DNA of 64,000 nucleotides, taken from assembly GCF_009914755.1 (NCBI RefSeq), contig NC_060937.1, one strand, 5' to 3'. Below the pieces are notes generated by a model. It saw only the letters and a program-made list of their open reading frames with translations, was not told where the DNA came from and made no database searches. This DNA is from the human T2T-CHM13v2.0 reference genome, Homo sapiens. Position 1 is the first letter of the stretch; every line of letters begins with the position of its first letter. This document shows positions 63,801 through 64,000 of this stretch, in pieces. The position numbers and the translations under genes were made by a program.

Positions 63801-64000
63801 AATATGAAATTACATCAAATATATATTATATTAGGTACATAAAATATGAAAGTACATCAAATATAGATTATATACTGTACATAAAATATCAAAGTACCCA
63901 AATATATATCATATACTGTACATGAAATATCAAAGCTCACACACTATATATTATATACTGTACATAAAATATCAAAGTACCCAAACTATACTTTATATAC
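30846..64000 (+). repeat. Large 587-bp 14-mer domain 3 with structural variant units (585, 586, 545, 1089/1091, 1217 bp) and one 9-mer-type patch at about 36700-37216
   Basis: 587-bp spacing of unit starts, e.g. 31601, 32188; 38391 through 43087; 47778 through 51300; 52517 through 54865; 59813 through 63922. Variant units are described in the findings. Confidence 0.92.

Larger units (their letters stand above)
1..64000 (+). repeat. HSat1A (SAR / classical satellite I) 42-bp tandem satellite array, continuing beyond both window edges
   Basis: Continuous 42-bp periodicity (14-aa period in translation) and extreme AT richness. Typical monomer = ACATAAAATATCAAAGT (17 bp) + ACCCAAACTATACATTATATACTGT (25 bp) between GTAC sites, the known RsaI 17/25-bp structure of human satellite 1A. 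The 378-bp 9-mer is also characteristic of HSat1A. Orientation is the same throughout. Confidence 0.95.

Noticed and set aside
1-64000. CRISPR-like conserved motif plus variable segment
   Set aside because: The variable parts are homologous monomer variants that recur periodically rather than unique spacers. No cas genes or leader are present.
1-64000. Inversions, Alu/L1 insertions, alpha satellite or CENP-B boxes, HSat1B, HSat2/3
   Set aside because: No strand switch, GC-rich segment, poly-A tail, 171-bp period or CATTC repeats were seen on reading through the window.

Overview
The whole 64-kb window is one uninterrupted, single-orientation, very AT-rich tandem satellite built from a 42-bp monomer (consensus about ATAAAATATCAAAGTACCCAAACTATACATTATATACTGTAC). 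Most monomers have two GTAC (RsaI) sites that cut them into 17-bp and 25-bp pieces. This matches human/great-ape classical Satellite 1A (HSat1A/SAR) of pericentromeres and acrocentric short arms. I find no genes, RNA genes, transposons or CRISPR arrays. Every ORF in the track is a by-product of a 42-bp (14-codon) repeat with one nearly stop-free frame. The informative signal is the higher-order architecture. Domains of the known 378-bp 9-mer (monomers A-I) alternate with domains of a derived 587-bp 14-mer: a 5-mer AFGHI plus a 9-mer whose last monomer lacks 1 bp. On top of this are a near-identical duplication at 12,879-bp offset, nested super-periods (about 1.64, 1.76 and 2.35 kb), ectopic patch copies, and monomer-scale deletions and duplications. 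Periods were read by eye from the sequence and the ORF-track coordinates. No alignment was run, so breakpoints are approximate.
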